A stretch of DNA of 64,000 nucleotides from an uncultured Eubacteriales bacterium (lineage in GTDB: Bacteria; Bacillota; Clostridia; Peptostreptococcales; Anaerovoracaceae). Shown here piece after piece: positions 44,888 to 55,013 of this stretch (its first letter is position 1; every line of letters starts with the position of its first letter). The notes under the pieces were generated by a model. The model searched no databases and was not told the origin of the DNA. It saw nothing but the letters and a program-made list of their open reading frames with translations. The translations under genes and the position numbers were made by a program. Location: contig CAUTYX010000009.1 in the NCBI GenBank assembly GCA_963542695.1, forward strand, positions 3,124 to 67,123, read 5' to 3'.

Positions 44888-46099
44888 TTATAAGGCGGCC
44901 TGGACTTCCTTTGGCTGGTAGCCTTCGGTTTTCAATCGTTCAATGATTTCCTGCTTGTGTTGAGTGCCATAGGCCTCTAAGGTGATACGTAGTTCTACGG
45001 CATCGGATCGGTTGGTGGTAATAAACTGGTTATGCTGCAAGCGAATAACGTTGCCGTGCATTTCTGCCAGCAGACCGGAAACACGAGATAGTTCTCCCGG
45101 TTTATCCGGTAATAGTACGGAAATGGTAAAGATACGATCTCGCAGAATCAATCCCTGCTGCACAACGGAAGACATGGTGATGACGTCCATGTTGCCGCCG
45201 CTGAGGATACAGGCAATTCGCTTGCCGGTTATATCCAGTTGTTGAAGGGCAGCTACTGTCAGCAAGCCTGAATTTTCCACAATCATCTTGTGATTTTCAA
45301 CCATGTCTAGGAAGGCTGCAATTAGCTGGTTGTCTTCTACGGTGATGATGTCATCCAGATTATCTTTTAAGTAGGGGAACAACTTTTCTCCCGGAGTTTT
45401 TACGGCTGTTCCATCGGCAATGGTATGCACTGCCGGTAAGGTGGTTACATGACCCTGAGATAGGGATTCTTGAGCACAGTTGGCGCCGGCCGGTTCTACT
45501 CCGATCACTTTGATTTTTGGATTTAACAGCTTGGCTAAGACCGATACACCGGTAGCCAAACCGCCACCACCGATGGGAACTAAAATATATTCTACTAGCG
45601 GCAGGTCTTGGAAAATTTCCATGGCAATAGTTCCTTGTCCTGTTGCCACCGTTAAATCATCGAAAGGATGAATAAAGGTATAGTTGTTTTCTTCTGCCAG
45701 CTTCATGGCGTATTCAGAGGCTTCATCATAGACATCACCATAGAGAACTACCTCGGCACCTAAACTCTTGGTGCGGTTTACTTTAATCAGCGGGGTAGTG
45801 GTAGGCATGACAATAACGGCTTTGCATCCGAATTCCTTGGCAGCATAGGCAACGCCTTGGGCGTGGTTACCGGCAGAAGCAGTGATGAGACCATGTTCTC
45901 GTTCTTCTTCAGAAAGGGTGCTGATTTTATAGTAGGCACCACGCAATTTATAGGCACCGGTAAGCTGCATGTTTTCCGGCTTTAAATATACCTGATTTTC
46001 GGTTTGGGATGACAGGTAGTCACTATACACAAGTGGTGTACCTAAGGTGACTTCTTTGACTTTCTTTGCCGCTTCTTCAAATTTATCCAGGGTCAGCAT
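44888..46099 (-). CDS. ilvA: Threonine ammonia-lyase (biosynthetic/catabolic IlvA type with one ACT-like domain)
   Basis: YLKPENMQLTGAYKLRGA (PLP Lys), SAGNHAQGVA, GGGGL. Confidence 0.9.
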   Translation of the reverse strand: MLTLDKFEEAAKKVKEVTLGTPLVYSDYLSSQTENQVYLKPENMQLTGAYKLRGAYYKISTLSEEEREHGLITASAGNHAQGVAYAAKEFGCKAVIVMPTTTPLIKVNRTKSLGAEVVLYGDVYDEASEYAMKLAEENNYTFIHPFDDLTVATGQGTIAMEIFQDLPLVEYILVPIGGGGLATGVSVLAKLLNPKIKVIGVEPAGANCAQESLSQGHVTTLPAVHTIADGTAVKTPGEKLFPYLKDNLDDIITVEDNQLIAAFLDMVENHKMIVENSGLLTVAALQQLDITGKRIACILSGGNMDVITMSSVVQQGLILRDRIFTISVLLPDKPGELSRVSGLLAEMHGNVIRLQHNQFITTNRSDAVELRITLEAYGTQHKQEIIERLKTEGYQPKEVQAAL

Positions 46100-46245
46100 A
46101 TTCTCTTCTCCTTACATATTTTACACAATAACGTATCCCCTTTTTATAATTCCTTAATAATACAAAAAATGGTTTAAAAAATCAATTTCCAAAATAGAAA
46201 AGAGATGGTATAAAATAGAATGAAAGAACCAAAAAGGAGAAAAGC

Positions 46246-46983
46246 ATGATTATTTTTATGACCAGTTTGCTTGCCGGAAACTACAAGCAGTTTATGAAGA
46301 TACCATACCAGGGTGTAAATGAAGATAATGGACTAGTGGAAAACTTAAGGAAAGTTTGGCCGATAGATGCCCGGTGCCTGTTTGTTGTTTCTCAGCCGGA
46401 TAATTACCAGATGGCAGATAACCTTGGAAAAGAGGCTTATGCCAGAGTGAGAACATCAGGCCTTTCTTGTCAATCCCTTGCTATTTGTGATCATCGAGAT
46501 ATGGACTGTGCCGCTTCTCTTGATAATTACGATGTGATAATTTTATCTGGAGGCCATGTACCTACTGCTAACGCATTTCTTCATGAAATCGGACTAAAAG
46601 AAAAATTGGCGGACTTTAAGGGAATTCTAATTGGAATTAGTGCCGGTTCCATGAATCAGGCAAAGGAAGTTTATGCGCAGCCGGAAGAACAGGGAGAACC
46701 TAGTAATCCTGACTATGTAAAATTTTTGCTGGGTCTTGGAACTACAGATATTTCCGTACTGCCGCATTACCAAGTGCTGAAAAACGAAATTGTAGACGGT
46801 ATGCGTCTTTTTGAGGATGTAACCTATAAAGACTCCATGGGACGAAAATTTTATGCTATTGAAGATGGAACTTACATACTTATTAAAGATGGGAAAACTA
46901 CCGTTTATGGGGCTGCGTATTTACTGGAAGATGGAAAACTGTCACAGATTTGTAAAAAAGACCAGCAGCTGGAAATCAAATAA
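46246..46983 (+). CDS. Peptidase S51 (dipeptidase E-like) family protein
   Basis: IILSGGHVPT...LIGISAGSMN (nucleophile Ser context). Confidence 0.75.
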   Translation: MIIFMTSLLAGNYKQFMKIPYQGVNEDNGLVENLRKVWPIDARCLFVVSQPDNYQMADNLGKEAYARVRTSGLSCQSLAICDHRDMDCAASLDNYDVIILSGGHVPTANAFLHEIGLKEKLADFKGILIGISAGSMNQAKEVYAQPEEQGEPSNPDYVKFLLGLGTTDISVLPHYQVLKNEIVDGMRLFEDVTYKDSMGRKFYAIEDGTYILIKDGKTTVYGAAYLLEDGKLSQICKKDQQLEIK

Positions 46984-46990
46984 TTGTGTA

Positions 46991-47035
46991 AAAAAGTTCC
47001 GTACTTTTGTCTTTTATGAAAAGTACGGAACTTTT
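46991..47035. terminator. Bidirectional terminator (same palindrome family as 44745-44785)
   Basis: Perfect stem AAAAAGTTCCGTACTTTT / AAAAGTACGGAACTTTT between convergent genes. Confidence 0.7.
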
Positions 47036-47064
47036 ATATGGTCAATAGGACTTATTTGTTCTCC

Positions 47065-48054
47065 CTATAACTTTTCCAGTAGAGCTTCTACTATATCCAT
47101 ATTGTCGGCAACGACGCAGTAATCCGAGGCGTCAAAGGATGGGGCATGGGCATATTGGTTGACGTTGATGATCATACCGCTATCCTTCATGCCGCATTGA
47201 TGATGGGAAGCTCCTGAAATCCCAAAACCAAGACAAATTTTAGGGCGGATTCCTTTTCCGGAAGTGCCAATCATCTTTCCTTCGTCCGTTACCCAGCCTT
47301 CGTCTAAGACAGGACGGGTGCATCCTGTGGTGCCATTTAATTTAGCGGCTAAGGTTTCCAGCTTGTCCCAGTTTTCCTGGCTGCCGACACCAAAGCCGCC
47401 GCACACAACTACGTCAGCAGCTTCGACAGGGATGCCTTTTTGTTCTTGCTGGTGGATGCCTAAAGGGATAATTTTAGTAGATACCGAATGAATGATTTCC
47501 TGTTCCAGCTCTATAATCCGGCATTCTCTTGCCGGTTGCTCCTTGGCCGTAAAGATCCCCGGTTTTACACTGGCAATCTGTGGTTTAGTGGAAGGAATCA
47601 AAATTTCTCCAATGACTTTCCCACCAAAAGCAGGAACCATGGCAATGAAATTACCCTCATCGTCTACTTTTAAATCCACACAATGGGCAGCACCGGCACT
47701 TTTGCACTGTAGTGATAGGGTTGGCGCCAGTTCTTCGCCGTAAGCAGAAGCCGGAATCAGTACAATGTCCGGCTGAAAGCGATCAATGGCAGCTTTTATA
47801 ACAGCGCTGTAATAGTCAATGTGGAACATGGTTAGCTTGTTTGATTCTAACCAATATACTTTGTCGGCATTGATTTTGGAAAGTTCTGTAACGGCTTCTT
47901 TAATATCAGTTCCGCAGGTAACAAAAGCCATTTCCATGTCTTGAGCCGGAAACAGCTCTCTTGCCTTTGTCATCAGCTCTTTTGCAGAGGATTCTACTAC
48001 ATTATTTTTTAATTCTCCATAAATGAGTATTTTTTTATTTTCCATAAGATACAC
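47065..48054 (-). CDS. etfA: Electron transfer flavoprotein, alpha subunit
   Basis: C-terminal FAD domain VVVCGGFGVGS...RPKICLGFGISGASHH and its position after etfB. Confidence 0.9.
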   Translation of the reverse strand: MYLMENKKILIYGELKNNVVESSAKELMTKARELFPAQDMEMAFVTCGTDIKEAVTELSKINADKVYWLESNKLTMFHIDYYSAVIKAAIDRFQPDIVLIPASAYGEELAPTLSLQCKSAGAAHCVDLKVDDEGNFIAMVPAFGGKVIGEILIPSTKPQIASVKPGIFTAKEQPARECRIIELEQEIIHSVSTKIIPLGIHQQEQKGIPVEAADVVVCGGFGVGSQENWDKLETLAAKLNGTTGCTRPVLDEGWVTDEGKMIGTSGKGIRPKICLGFGISGASHHQCGMKDSGMIINVNQYAHAPSFDASDYCVVADNMDIVEALLEKL

Positions 48055-48063
48055 CTACTTTCT

Positions 48064-48861
48064 CTACAGCTGGTAGCCGGATTTACGAATGGCGTCGATA
48101 ATTTGATCTGCCACTTCCTGCGGCGTACCTTGTATTTTTACAGATTCTCTTCGGTTATCCGGTTCCATTAACTCTCCCGGTTGTGTGGGAGAGCCGGCAA
48201 GTCCAAGGTAGGCAGCATCCGCCTTAATATCTTCGCTGCTCCAAACAATTACTTCTTTGTTTCGACAACTGAGAATGCCTTTTCCGGTAATCATCCGTGG
48301 CTCATTGGCTCCTTTGGAAACGCCAAAGACAGCAGGCAACTCTACTTGGTAATCGATGTATCCGTTGGGGATTTTTTTCTTTACAATAGCCTTGGAGTCG
48401 TCAATGGCAATGTGCTCCACATCGTTAACGTGCGGCAACTGCATCCATTCTCCCAGCTGGGAAATAACCTGAGAGGTGGCACCGTCTTCAGAAACATTGC
48501 CTCCTAGGATAAGGTCTGCAGAAATCTTTGTTTTTTTAATGCCTTCCATTAGAGTGTAGGAAGTGGAGAAGGTATCGGCTCCGCCAAAGGCTTCGTCGCT
48601 GAGGATATAGCCTTTGTCTGCGCCCATTGCAAGGCACTCTTTGATTTGCATGGCACTAAAGGAAGGGCACATGCTGAGGACAATGACGGAACCACCGTGA
48701 ACATCTCGCAGGGACAGAGCCATTTCCATTGCATTTTTATCAGAAGGATTAATGACAGAGGGGATGCCGTCACGAATGAGTCGTTTGGTTTTCTTATCTA
48801 GCTTTAATCGACTGTATTTTTCCGGATCGGGAACCGGTTTTACGCAAATAATGATATTCAA
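48064..48861 (-). CDS. etfB: Electron transfer flavoprotein, beta subunit
   Basis: MNIIICVKPVPD...INPSDKNAMEMAL. Confidence 0.9.
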   Translation of the reverse strand: MNIIICVKPVPDPEKYSRLKLDKKTKRLIRDGIPSVINPSDKNAMEMALSLRDVHGGSVIVLSMCPSFSAMQIKECLAMGADKGYILSDEAFGGADTFSTSYTLMEGIKKTKISADLILGGNVSEDGATSQVISQLGEWMQLPHVNDVEHIAIDDSKAIVKKKIPNGYIDYQVELPAVFGVSKGANEPRMITGKGILSCRNKEVIVWSSEDIKADAAYLGLAGSPTQPGELMEPDNRRESVKIQGTPQEVADQIIDAIRKSGYQL

Positions 48862-48926
48862 AATATACTCCTTTGGTATGTAAATATGTCTGTTTCAATA
48901 TACTTGAGTAGCTTCCCTGGATTATT

Positions 48927-50084
48927 TTAACCGGCGGAAAATTCCTTGGCTGTATCGCCGTAAATCACCATCTTTTGGACTTCATTGGTACCGCCGGCAC
49001 TAATGGAAGCCAGGGCATCACGCATATAGCGACCCACCGGATATTCATCTACAAGACCGTAGCCGCCCATTAACTCGATACAATGCTGGGCACACTGAAC
49101 GGCATTATTAGTACAAAAAAGTTTTGCCATACCGTTATAAGGCGCCGTAGGAACGCCTTTGTCTTTTAGATAGGCGGCTCGATATACCAGCAGTCGGCCG
49201 GCTTCGTAGGCAGTTCTGATTTCAGCAATATGGAATTGAATAGCCTGCAATCGGTTTAGCGTTTTTCCGTAGATGATTCGATCCTCGGAAAATTCTACCG
49301 CTTCTTCCAGGCAACCTTTCATAAGACCAACGCAGATGGCACTAACAGAGGCTCGCCCGATTTCCCCGATTTCCTTTAAGGCAATGCCGGCAGCTGCACC
49401 GGTTCTACCCAGCTTGGCAGAGTCAGGGACACGAACATTGGTGAGCACCATGTCGCCACTAATGGATCCTTTTACACCCATTTTGTTTTCTCCACGTCCG
49501 ATTTTGTAACCCGGAGCGTCTTTTGGAATAATAAAGGCGGAAAGCTCGTTTCTTCCTTTGGCGTTGACACCGGTTTTAGCGGTTACTATGGCATAGTCGG
49601 CAATTTCATTGTTGGTGATAAAGCACTTCCTACCACTAATTACCCATTCATCACCATCTTTTTCAGCGATGGTAGTATGACCCATTAAATCTGTACCACC
49701 GCCCGGTTCTGTTACGGCCAAGGCCCAAATCTTGCTGCCATCACACATACCCGGTAAATACTTTTTCTTCTGTTCTTCGCTGCCTCCGTCGCACATGGCT
49801 CCGACAGCTAACTGATGGGAGAATATAAACATAACCAGTCCGGCAGAATATCTGGCCAATTCCTCCATGGCGATAATTCGTTCTGTGTGGCCTAGACCCA
49901 GTCCGCCATATTCTTCCGGAACAAAGCAACCTAGTACTCCTAACTGACCCAGTTTGGGAAACAACTCCACAGGGCAACGATCTTCTTCATCCCATTTTGA
50001 AGCGTGTGGTGCTACGTATTCTTTTGCGAAATCTCGGAAAGCTTTTTGCAGCATTTGCTGTTCTTCTGTGAATTCAAAATTCAT
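48927..50084 (-). CDS. Acyl-CoA dehydrogenase (butyryl-CoA dehydrogenase-like)
   Basis: MNFEFTEEQQMLQKAFRDFAKEYV; TEPGGGTD; C-terminal GGYG...YEGTNEVQ-like (GGTNEVQKMVI). ATG at 50084 lies 10 nt after AGGAGG; the ORF track extends to 50189. Confidence 0.9.
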   Translation of the reverse strand: MNFEFTEEQQMLQKAFRDFAKEYVAPHASKWDEEDRCPVELFPKLGQLGVLGCFVPEEYGGLGLGHTERIIAMEELARYSAGLVMFIFSHQLAVGAMCDGGSEEQKKKYLPGMCDGSKIWALAVTEPGGGTDLMGHTTIAEKDGDEWVISGRKCFITNNEIADYAIVTAKTGVNAKGRNELSAFIIPKDAPGYKIGRGENKMGVKGSISGDMVLTNVRVPDSAKLGRTGAAAGIALKEIGEIGRASVSAICVGLMKGCLEEAVEFSEDRIIYGKTLNRLQAIQFHIAEIRTAYEAGRLLVYRAAYLKDKGVPTAPYNGMAKLFCTNNAVQCAQHCIELMGGYGLVDEYPVGRYMRDALASISAGGTNEVQKMVIYGDTAKEFSAG

Positions 50085-50152
50085 ACAATGTATTCCTCCT
50101 TGTGTATAGAGTAGGGCGGATTTTACTTCGGATTTTTTTAGATATAAATATG

Positions 50153-50172
50153 TTGTTAAGAGTTTATCACAA
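50153..50172. promoter_or_regulatory. Candidate Rex (redox-sensing repressor) operator upstream of the acd-etfBA operon
   Basis: TTGTTAA-GAGTTT-ATCACAA compares with the Rex consensus TTGTGAA-N6-TTCACAA. It sits 69-88 nt upstream of the acd start codon. Confidence 0.4.
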
Positions 50173-50333
50173 GGAGAAAAACGGAACAATGAATAAGGTT
50201 GTCAATATACGTGGACTAAATTGCTCTTTTTTATGTATTGATTTTAAAACAATATAAGTGTTTTTGCGAAAAAGTAGTACTTTCTTGCTGTTGTATACAT
50301 ATAAATTTTTGAAAAAACCGGAATTGCCCCAGA

Positions 50334-50362
50334 TTGCATTTTTTAATGAAATATGATGTAAT
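50334..50362 (+). promoter_or_regulatory. Possible sigma-A promoter for the flavodiiron gene
   Basis: TTGCAT (50334-50339), 17 nt spacer, TGTAAT (50357-50362). Confidence 0.3.
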
Positions 50363-50425
50363 AACAATGGCAATAAAGTTTGAGAACCGGGCGAACCGTA
50401 AAAAATATAATCAGGGAGACCGAAT

Positions 50426-51580
50426 ATGGAAATTACAAAAACAATTAAGTACATTGGAGTCAATGATCATCAGTTGGATATGTTCGAAAGCCAGTTCGAA
50501 GTGCCCAATGGGATGGCATACAACTCTTATGTTATTTTAGACGACAAAACCGCTGTTATGGATACGGTGGAAACCAAATTTACCCATCAGTGGCTGCAGC
50601 AATTAGAAGAAGCGTTAGATGGAACAGCTCCGGATTATTTAATCGTGCAGCATATGGAGCCGGATCACTCAGCCAATATCGCTGTGTTTATGGAAAAATA
50701 CCCAAAAGCTACCATAGTAGCCAGCAAAAAAGCTTTCGGCATGATGAAGCAATTTTATGGGACAGACTATGCAGATCGCCAGATGATAATTGCCAATGGG
50801 GATACCTTGTCTTTGGGGCAGCACCAGTTAAATTTTATGGCCACACCAATGGTTCATTGGCCGGAAGTTATGATGACTTATGATGCCACGGATAAAGTAT
50901 TCTTTAGTGCTGACGGATTTGGAAAATTTGGGGCGTTGGATGTAGACGAAGATTGGGACTGCGAAGCACGACGCTATTATTTTGGCATTATCGGTAAATA
51001 TGGTCAGCAGGTGCAGAATGCGTTGAAAAAAGTAAAGACTCTAGATATTAAAATCATCTGCCCTCTACATGGACCGATCTTATCAGAAGATTTGGGTCAC
51101 TATATTGAAAAATATGAAATTTGGTCTTCTTATGAAGCAGAAACAAAAGGCGTGTTTATTGCCTACACCTCCGTATATGGTCACACCAAGGAAGCTGTGG
51201 AACAATTGGAAGATATGCTAAAAGAAAAAGGCGTAGAAGTTGTAGCCAGTGCCGACCTTGCCAGAGAGGATATGGCCGAAGCCATTGAAGATGCGTTCCG
51301 TCATGATAGGTTGATTCTTGCAACAACCACCTACAATATGGATATTTTCCCCTTTATGCGGACCTTTATTGACGGCCTAAAGGAAAGAGATTACAAAAAA
51401 CGGATCATTGGACTTATTGAAAACGGAAGCTGGGCTCCGACGGCAGCCAAGGTTATGAGACAGTTGCTGGATGGTTGTAAAGAACTGAACTTTACAGAAA
51501 ATACCGTAACGATTAAATCTGCTTTAAATGATGATAGCAAGGCGCAATTGGCGGCATTAGCCGACGAACTGGCAAAGTAA
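50426..51580 (+). CDS. Flavodiiron protein (FprA-type O2/NO reductase: metallo-beta-lactamase fold plus flavodoxin)
   Basis: Di-iron motif VQHMEPDHS; NSYVILDDKTAVMDTV; C-terminal flavodoxin VFIAYTSVYGHTKE. Confidence 0.9.
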   Translation: MEITKTIKYIGVNDHQLDMFESQFEVPNGMAYNSYVILDDKTAVMDTVETKFTHQWLQQLEEALDGTAPDYLIVQHMEPDHSANIAVFMEKYPKATIVASKKAFGMMKQFYGTDYADRQMIIANGDTLSLGQHQLNFMATPMVHWPEVMMTYDATDKVFFSADGFGKFGALDVDEDWDCEARRYYFGIIGKYGQQVQNALKKVKTLDIKIICPLHGPILSEDLGHYIEKYEIWSSYEAETKGVFIAYTSVYGHTKEAVEQLEDMLKEKGVEVVASADLAREDMAEAIEDAFRHDRLILATTTYNMDIFPFMRTFIDGLKERDYKKRIIGLIENGSWAPTAAKVMRQLLDGCKELNFTENTVTIKSALNDDSKAQLAALADELAK

Positions 51581-51608
51581 ATCATAGATAAGATACTTGT
51601 GGACATTT

Positions 51609-51641
51609 ACCACCGGCTCCTATGTAGGGTCGGTGGTTTTC
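51609..51641 (+). terminator. Terminator after the flavodiiron gene
   Basis: Stem ACCACCG (51609-51615) / CGGTGGT (51631-51637), then TTTT. Confidence 0.5.
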
Positions 51642-51692
51642 TGTCTTCTCATGTTGTTATCAAAATACCCCTATGATAAAATATCATCATGA

Positions 51693-53423
51693 TTGATAAG
51701 AAAGCAGGAGGCAATTTTTTCTATGGCAATAGAGTCAGAAATCGTTAAACAAGAACATGCCGGCAGGCAGAATCAAAAAGTGCATATACCGGAAAACTTG
51801 CATCCTTTGGTGTTGCAGTTATTACAGCAACGAGGGATTACTACAGAGGAGGACCGGCGAGAATTTCTTTCACCAATGCCAAAGAAAACCTATGATCCTT
51901 TCTTGTTAAAAAACATGAAGGAAGGGGTAGAGCGGATTTTCGCAGCGGTAGATGCCGGCGAAAAAATCTGCATCTACGGTGACTACGATACAGACGGAGT
52001 GACTTCTGTCAGCATTATGATGACTGTACTAAAGCAGCTGACAGATAACCTGATGTATTATATTCCTTCTCGTTTTGAAGAAGGTTATGGACTAAACAAA
52101 AACGCCGTGCAGCTGCTCCGCGAAAAAGAAGTCGATTTAATTGTCACAGTGGATTGTGGCAGTGTTTCCGTTGAGGAAGTGGACATGGCAAAAAGTCTAG
52201 GCATGGACGTGGTGGTAACAGATCATCACAGCGTCGAAGACCGTTTTGCAAAATGTATATTAATTAATCCACGGCAAAAAGATTGTCCCTATCCTTTCAA
52301 AGGACTGGCCGGATGTGGCGTTGTCTACAAAGTCGCCCAGGCCATGGAGAGAAGGGGGAGAATTCCCCGTAGCTTGTTGGCACGGCTTCTGGATTTAGTG
52401 GCCATTGGAACCATCGGTGATGTGGTGCCGTTGATTGATGAAAACAGAACCTTGGTGAAATACGGTTTGCGGGAGCTAAATAGTGGAAAACGCCTTAGTT
52501 TGAAGCTCTTTAACGAAATCGTCGCCTTGGAACCGGGCTCCATTGGTTCACAACAGGTCGCTTTTACCATTGTGCCGCGGATTAATGCAGCCGGTCGAAT
52601 GGACAAGGCGGATACCGGCGTTTCCATGCTTCTTTCGGAAGAGAGCAACACCATTCGCCTACATTCTTTGATTCTACAAGGTTACAACGACAAACGAAAA
52701 GAAATCCAGGAAAAAACATATCAGATGTGCATGACATTGCTGGAGGAGCAATGCAAAAACAGCTTGTTCCCGGTTATTTTTGCAGAAGAAGCCCATGAAG
52801 GTATTACCGGTATTGTAGCGGGGAAAATAAGAGAACGGATTAACAAACCGGTGATTATTGTAACGCCAAACAATGGTATGTTAAAGGGAACCGGTCGTTC
52901 TACAGACAACATCGACTTGTATAAGGTGATGAAGACCCAGGAAGAGCTATTTGTTAAATTCGGAGGACACAAGGGGGCTTGCGGATTTACTATGGAAGAA
53001 GCCAATTTGGACAAGCTTCGAAAGGGTTTACACCGGCAAGTGACAGCTATAAATGATACGGCTATGGCCAATTCCATTGCCTTTGATTTAGACATTGAAC
53101 CTACTGCCGTAACAGTAGACTTAATTAAGCAATTGGCTATTTTGGAACCCTTTGGAAGTGGCAATTCAAGTCCGCTGTTTCGGTTGCAAAAGGTAACGGT
53201 AGATAATGTTCGGTATATGGGAAACCACGGACAGCATGTGCGTATTGGAATCTTTAAAGGCAACAGTCCGGTGATTTCGGCGGTGCTCTTTGGCACTGCG
53301 GCAGATTATCAAGAAATTTTGGAAAAAGGTAATACCCTTGATATAATCGGTTCTTTGTCGGTGAATCGTTTTAATGGGAAGGAAAGCCCGCAAATTGAAA
53401 TTCGTCACATGAAAGAATCCTAA
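51693..53423 (+). CDS. recJ: Single-stranded-DNA-specific exonuclease RecJ
   Basis: DHH motifs IYGDYDTDGVTS, TVDCG, VTDHH; DHHA1 GGHKGACG. The start may be ATG 51723. Confidence 0.9.
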   Translation: MIRKQEAIFSMAIESEIVKQEHAGRQNQKVHIPENLHPLVLQLLQQRGITTEEDRREFLSPMPKKTYDPFLLKNMKEGVERIFAAVDAGEKICIYGDYDTDGVTSVSIMMTVLKQLTDNLMYYIPSRFEEGYGLNKNAVQLLREKEVDLIVTVDCGSVSVEEVDMAKSLGMDVVVTDHHSVEDRFAKCILINPRQKDCPYPFKGLAGCGVVYKVAQAMERRGRIPRSLLARLLDLVAIGTIGDVVPLIDENRTLVKYGLRELNSGKRLSLKLFNEIVALEPGSIGSQQVAFTIVPRINAAGRMDKADTGVSMLLSEESNTIRLHSLILQGYNDKRKEIQEKTYQMCMTLLEEQCKNSLFPVIFAEEAHEGITGIVAGKIRERINKPVIIVTPNNGMLKGTGRSTDNIDLYKVMKTQEELFVKFGGHKGACGFTMEEANLDKLRKGLHRQVTAINDTAMANSIAFDLDIEPTAVTVDLIKQLAILEPFGSGNSSPLFRLQKVTVDNVRYMGNHGQHVRIGIFKGNSPVISAVLFGTAADYQEILEKGNTLDIIGSLSVNRFNGKESPQIEIRHMKES

Positions 53424-53511
53424 AAGATAGAGAGTTTAAAGAATAGCCAAACAGAAATTTGAGGAGCTACTTAGAATAGCAGACAGTAAATTAACAGGAA
53501 GGACTTGTTTC

Positions 53512-54615
53512 ATGGTGAAAATTAAAAAGGGAATATTGGCAATCATTGTAGCAGCATCTGTTTTGACAGGGTGCATAGGAGGAGTGTTTATTGGTCATTT
53601 TCAAGGAGCTTCGCCGGATAAGAAATTGCACACTCTACAGCAAACCATTGAAAAACTCTATTATATAGAACCCAGTAGTAAAGCCTTAGAAGAGGAGACC
53701 TATAAAGGGTTGGTACGTGGATTAGGAGATGAGTATTCGGAATATATGACAAAATCGGAGTATGATTCATGGGTTGCCGGCACTACCGGTTCCTATGAAG
53801 GTGTAGGCTTGATTTTTTCTAAAAATAAAAAAACCGGAAAGGTAATTGTCGTACAGGTGGTAAAAAACAGCCCGGCTGAGAATAACGGTATCAAAACCGG
53901 AGACAATATACTGAAAGTAGGCGGAAAAACATATAAAGATGTTGAGAAAATGGCAACGGCTATTCGCGGAAAAGCCGATTCTACGGTAGATATTGTCTTT
54001 GTAAGAGATGGGAAAACCTTTACCAAAAAGCTGACTCGGGCATCCATTACGATGGAAACCGTTTCCACAAAACAGCTGGATAACAACATAGGATATATTT
54101 CTATTAGTGCTTTTGAAAGCGCTACGGCACAAGATTTTAAAGAGGCGCTGCAAGGCTGTGAAAAGAAACACAACAAAGGTGTTATCATCGACCTGCGGGA
54201 TAACGGTGGCGGATTGGTTCAGTCATCTGTGGAGATTGCCGATATGCTCATGGATAAATCTGTTGTAACATATATGGAAGACCGAAAAGGCAAAAAGGAT
54301 TACTATAGAGCTCACGATGGCAGTACGAAACTTCCTTATGTACTGCTGGTAAATGGCCATACAGCCAGTGCTTCTGAAATTTTAACGGCAGCGGTTATGG
54401 ACAATACAAAAAACAAAGTGGTTGGCACCAAAACGTATGGAAAAGGCATTGTCCAAGACATCTATCCTCTGCAGGACGGAAGTGCCTTAAAGCTGACGGT
54501 AAAACAGTATTTTTCACCAAAGGGGAAGGTTATTCATAAAAAAGGAATTGCACCAAATTACATTGTTAAAGGTGGGGATGCCCAGTTAAAGAAAGCCAAA
54601 GAAGTGCTTCGTTGA
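53512..54615 (+). CDS. S41-family C-terminal processing peptidase with a PDZ domain
   Basis: N-terminal TM, PDZ (VKNSPAENNGIKTGDNILKVGG), IIDLRDNGGG, and catalytic Ser context VNGHTASASEIL. Confidence 0.9.
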   Translation: MVKIKKGILAIIVAASVLTGCIGGVFIGHFQGASPDKKLHTLQQTIEKLYYIEPSSKALEEETYKGLVRGLGDEYSEYMTKSEYDSWVAGTTGSYEGVGLIFSKNKKTGKVIVVQVVKNSPAENNGIKTGDNILKVGGKTYKDVEKMATAIRGKADSTVDIVFVRDGKTFTKKLTRASITMETVSTKQLDNNIGYISISAFESATAQDFKEALQGCEKKHNKGVIIDLRDNGGGLVQSSVEIADMLMDKSVVTYMEDRKGKKDYYRAHDGSTKLPYVLLVNGHTASASEILTAAVMDNTKNKVVGTKTYGKGIVQDIYPLQDGSALKLTVKQYFSPKGKVIHKKGIAPNYIVKGGDAQLKKAKEVLR

Positions 54616-54684
54616 CGATAGGTTTTTCAATTGCTATAATTACACTATAATGCGATAAAGTGTAAAATTGACAGGAGGAAGACA

Positions 54685-54996
54685 TTGGCTTATGAATCCC
54701 GCTACCAAAGCGATGAAATTGATGTTCTCTTTGAAGCGATATTGCTGCTGGAAAACCAGGAGGACTGCTATCGTTTTTTTGAGGATCTCTGTACGGTAAA
54801 GGAACTGCAATCCATTGCCCAAAGGCTCCATGTGGCAAAGCTTTTGGACGCCAAAATGAAGTATACAGAGATTGAAGAAAAAACCAAGGCATCCACTGCA
54901 ACCATTAGTCGCATTAACAAATGTTTGATGTATGGTGCCGATGGATACCAGCGCATTTTTCAGCGGTTGGAAGAACAGGAAAAAGAAAATCAATAA
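54685..54996 (+). CDS. YerC/YecD-family TrpR-like protein
   Basis: EDCYRFFEDLCTVKELQSIAQRLHVAKLL...YTEIEEKTKASTATISRINKCL. Confidence 0.85.
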   Translation: MAYESRYQSDEIDVLFEAILLLENQEDCYRFFEDLCTVKELQSIAQRLHVAKLLDAKMKYTEIEEKTKASTATISRINKCLMYGADGYQRIFQRLEEQEKENQ

Positions 54997-55013
54997 ATCT
55001 TTTGGGAAGAGCA

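Noticed and set aside
46100-46245. T-box or attenuator leader upstream of ilvA.
   Set aside because: The region is a 146-nt AT-rich divergent promoter region. No T-box sequence, specifier hairpin or leader peptide is visible.
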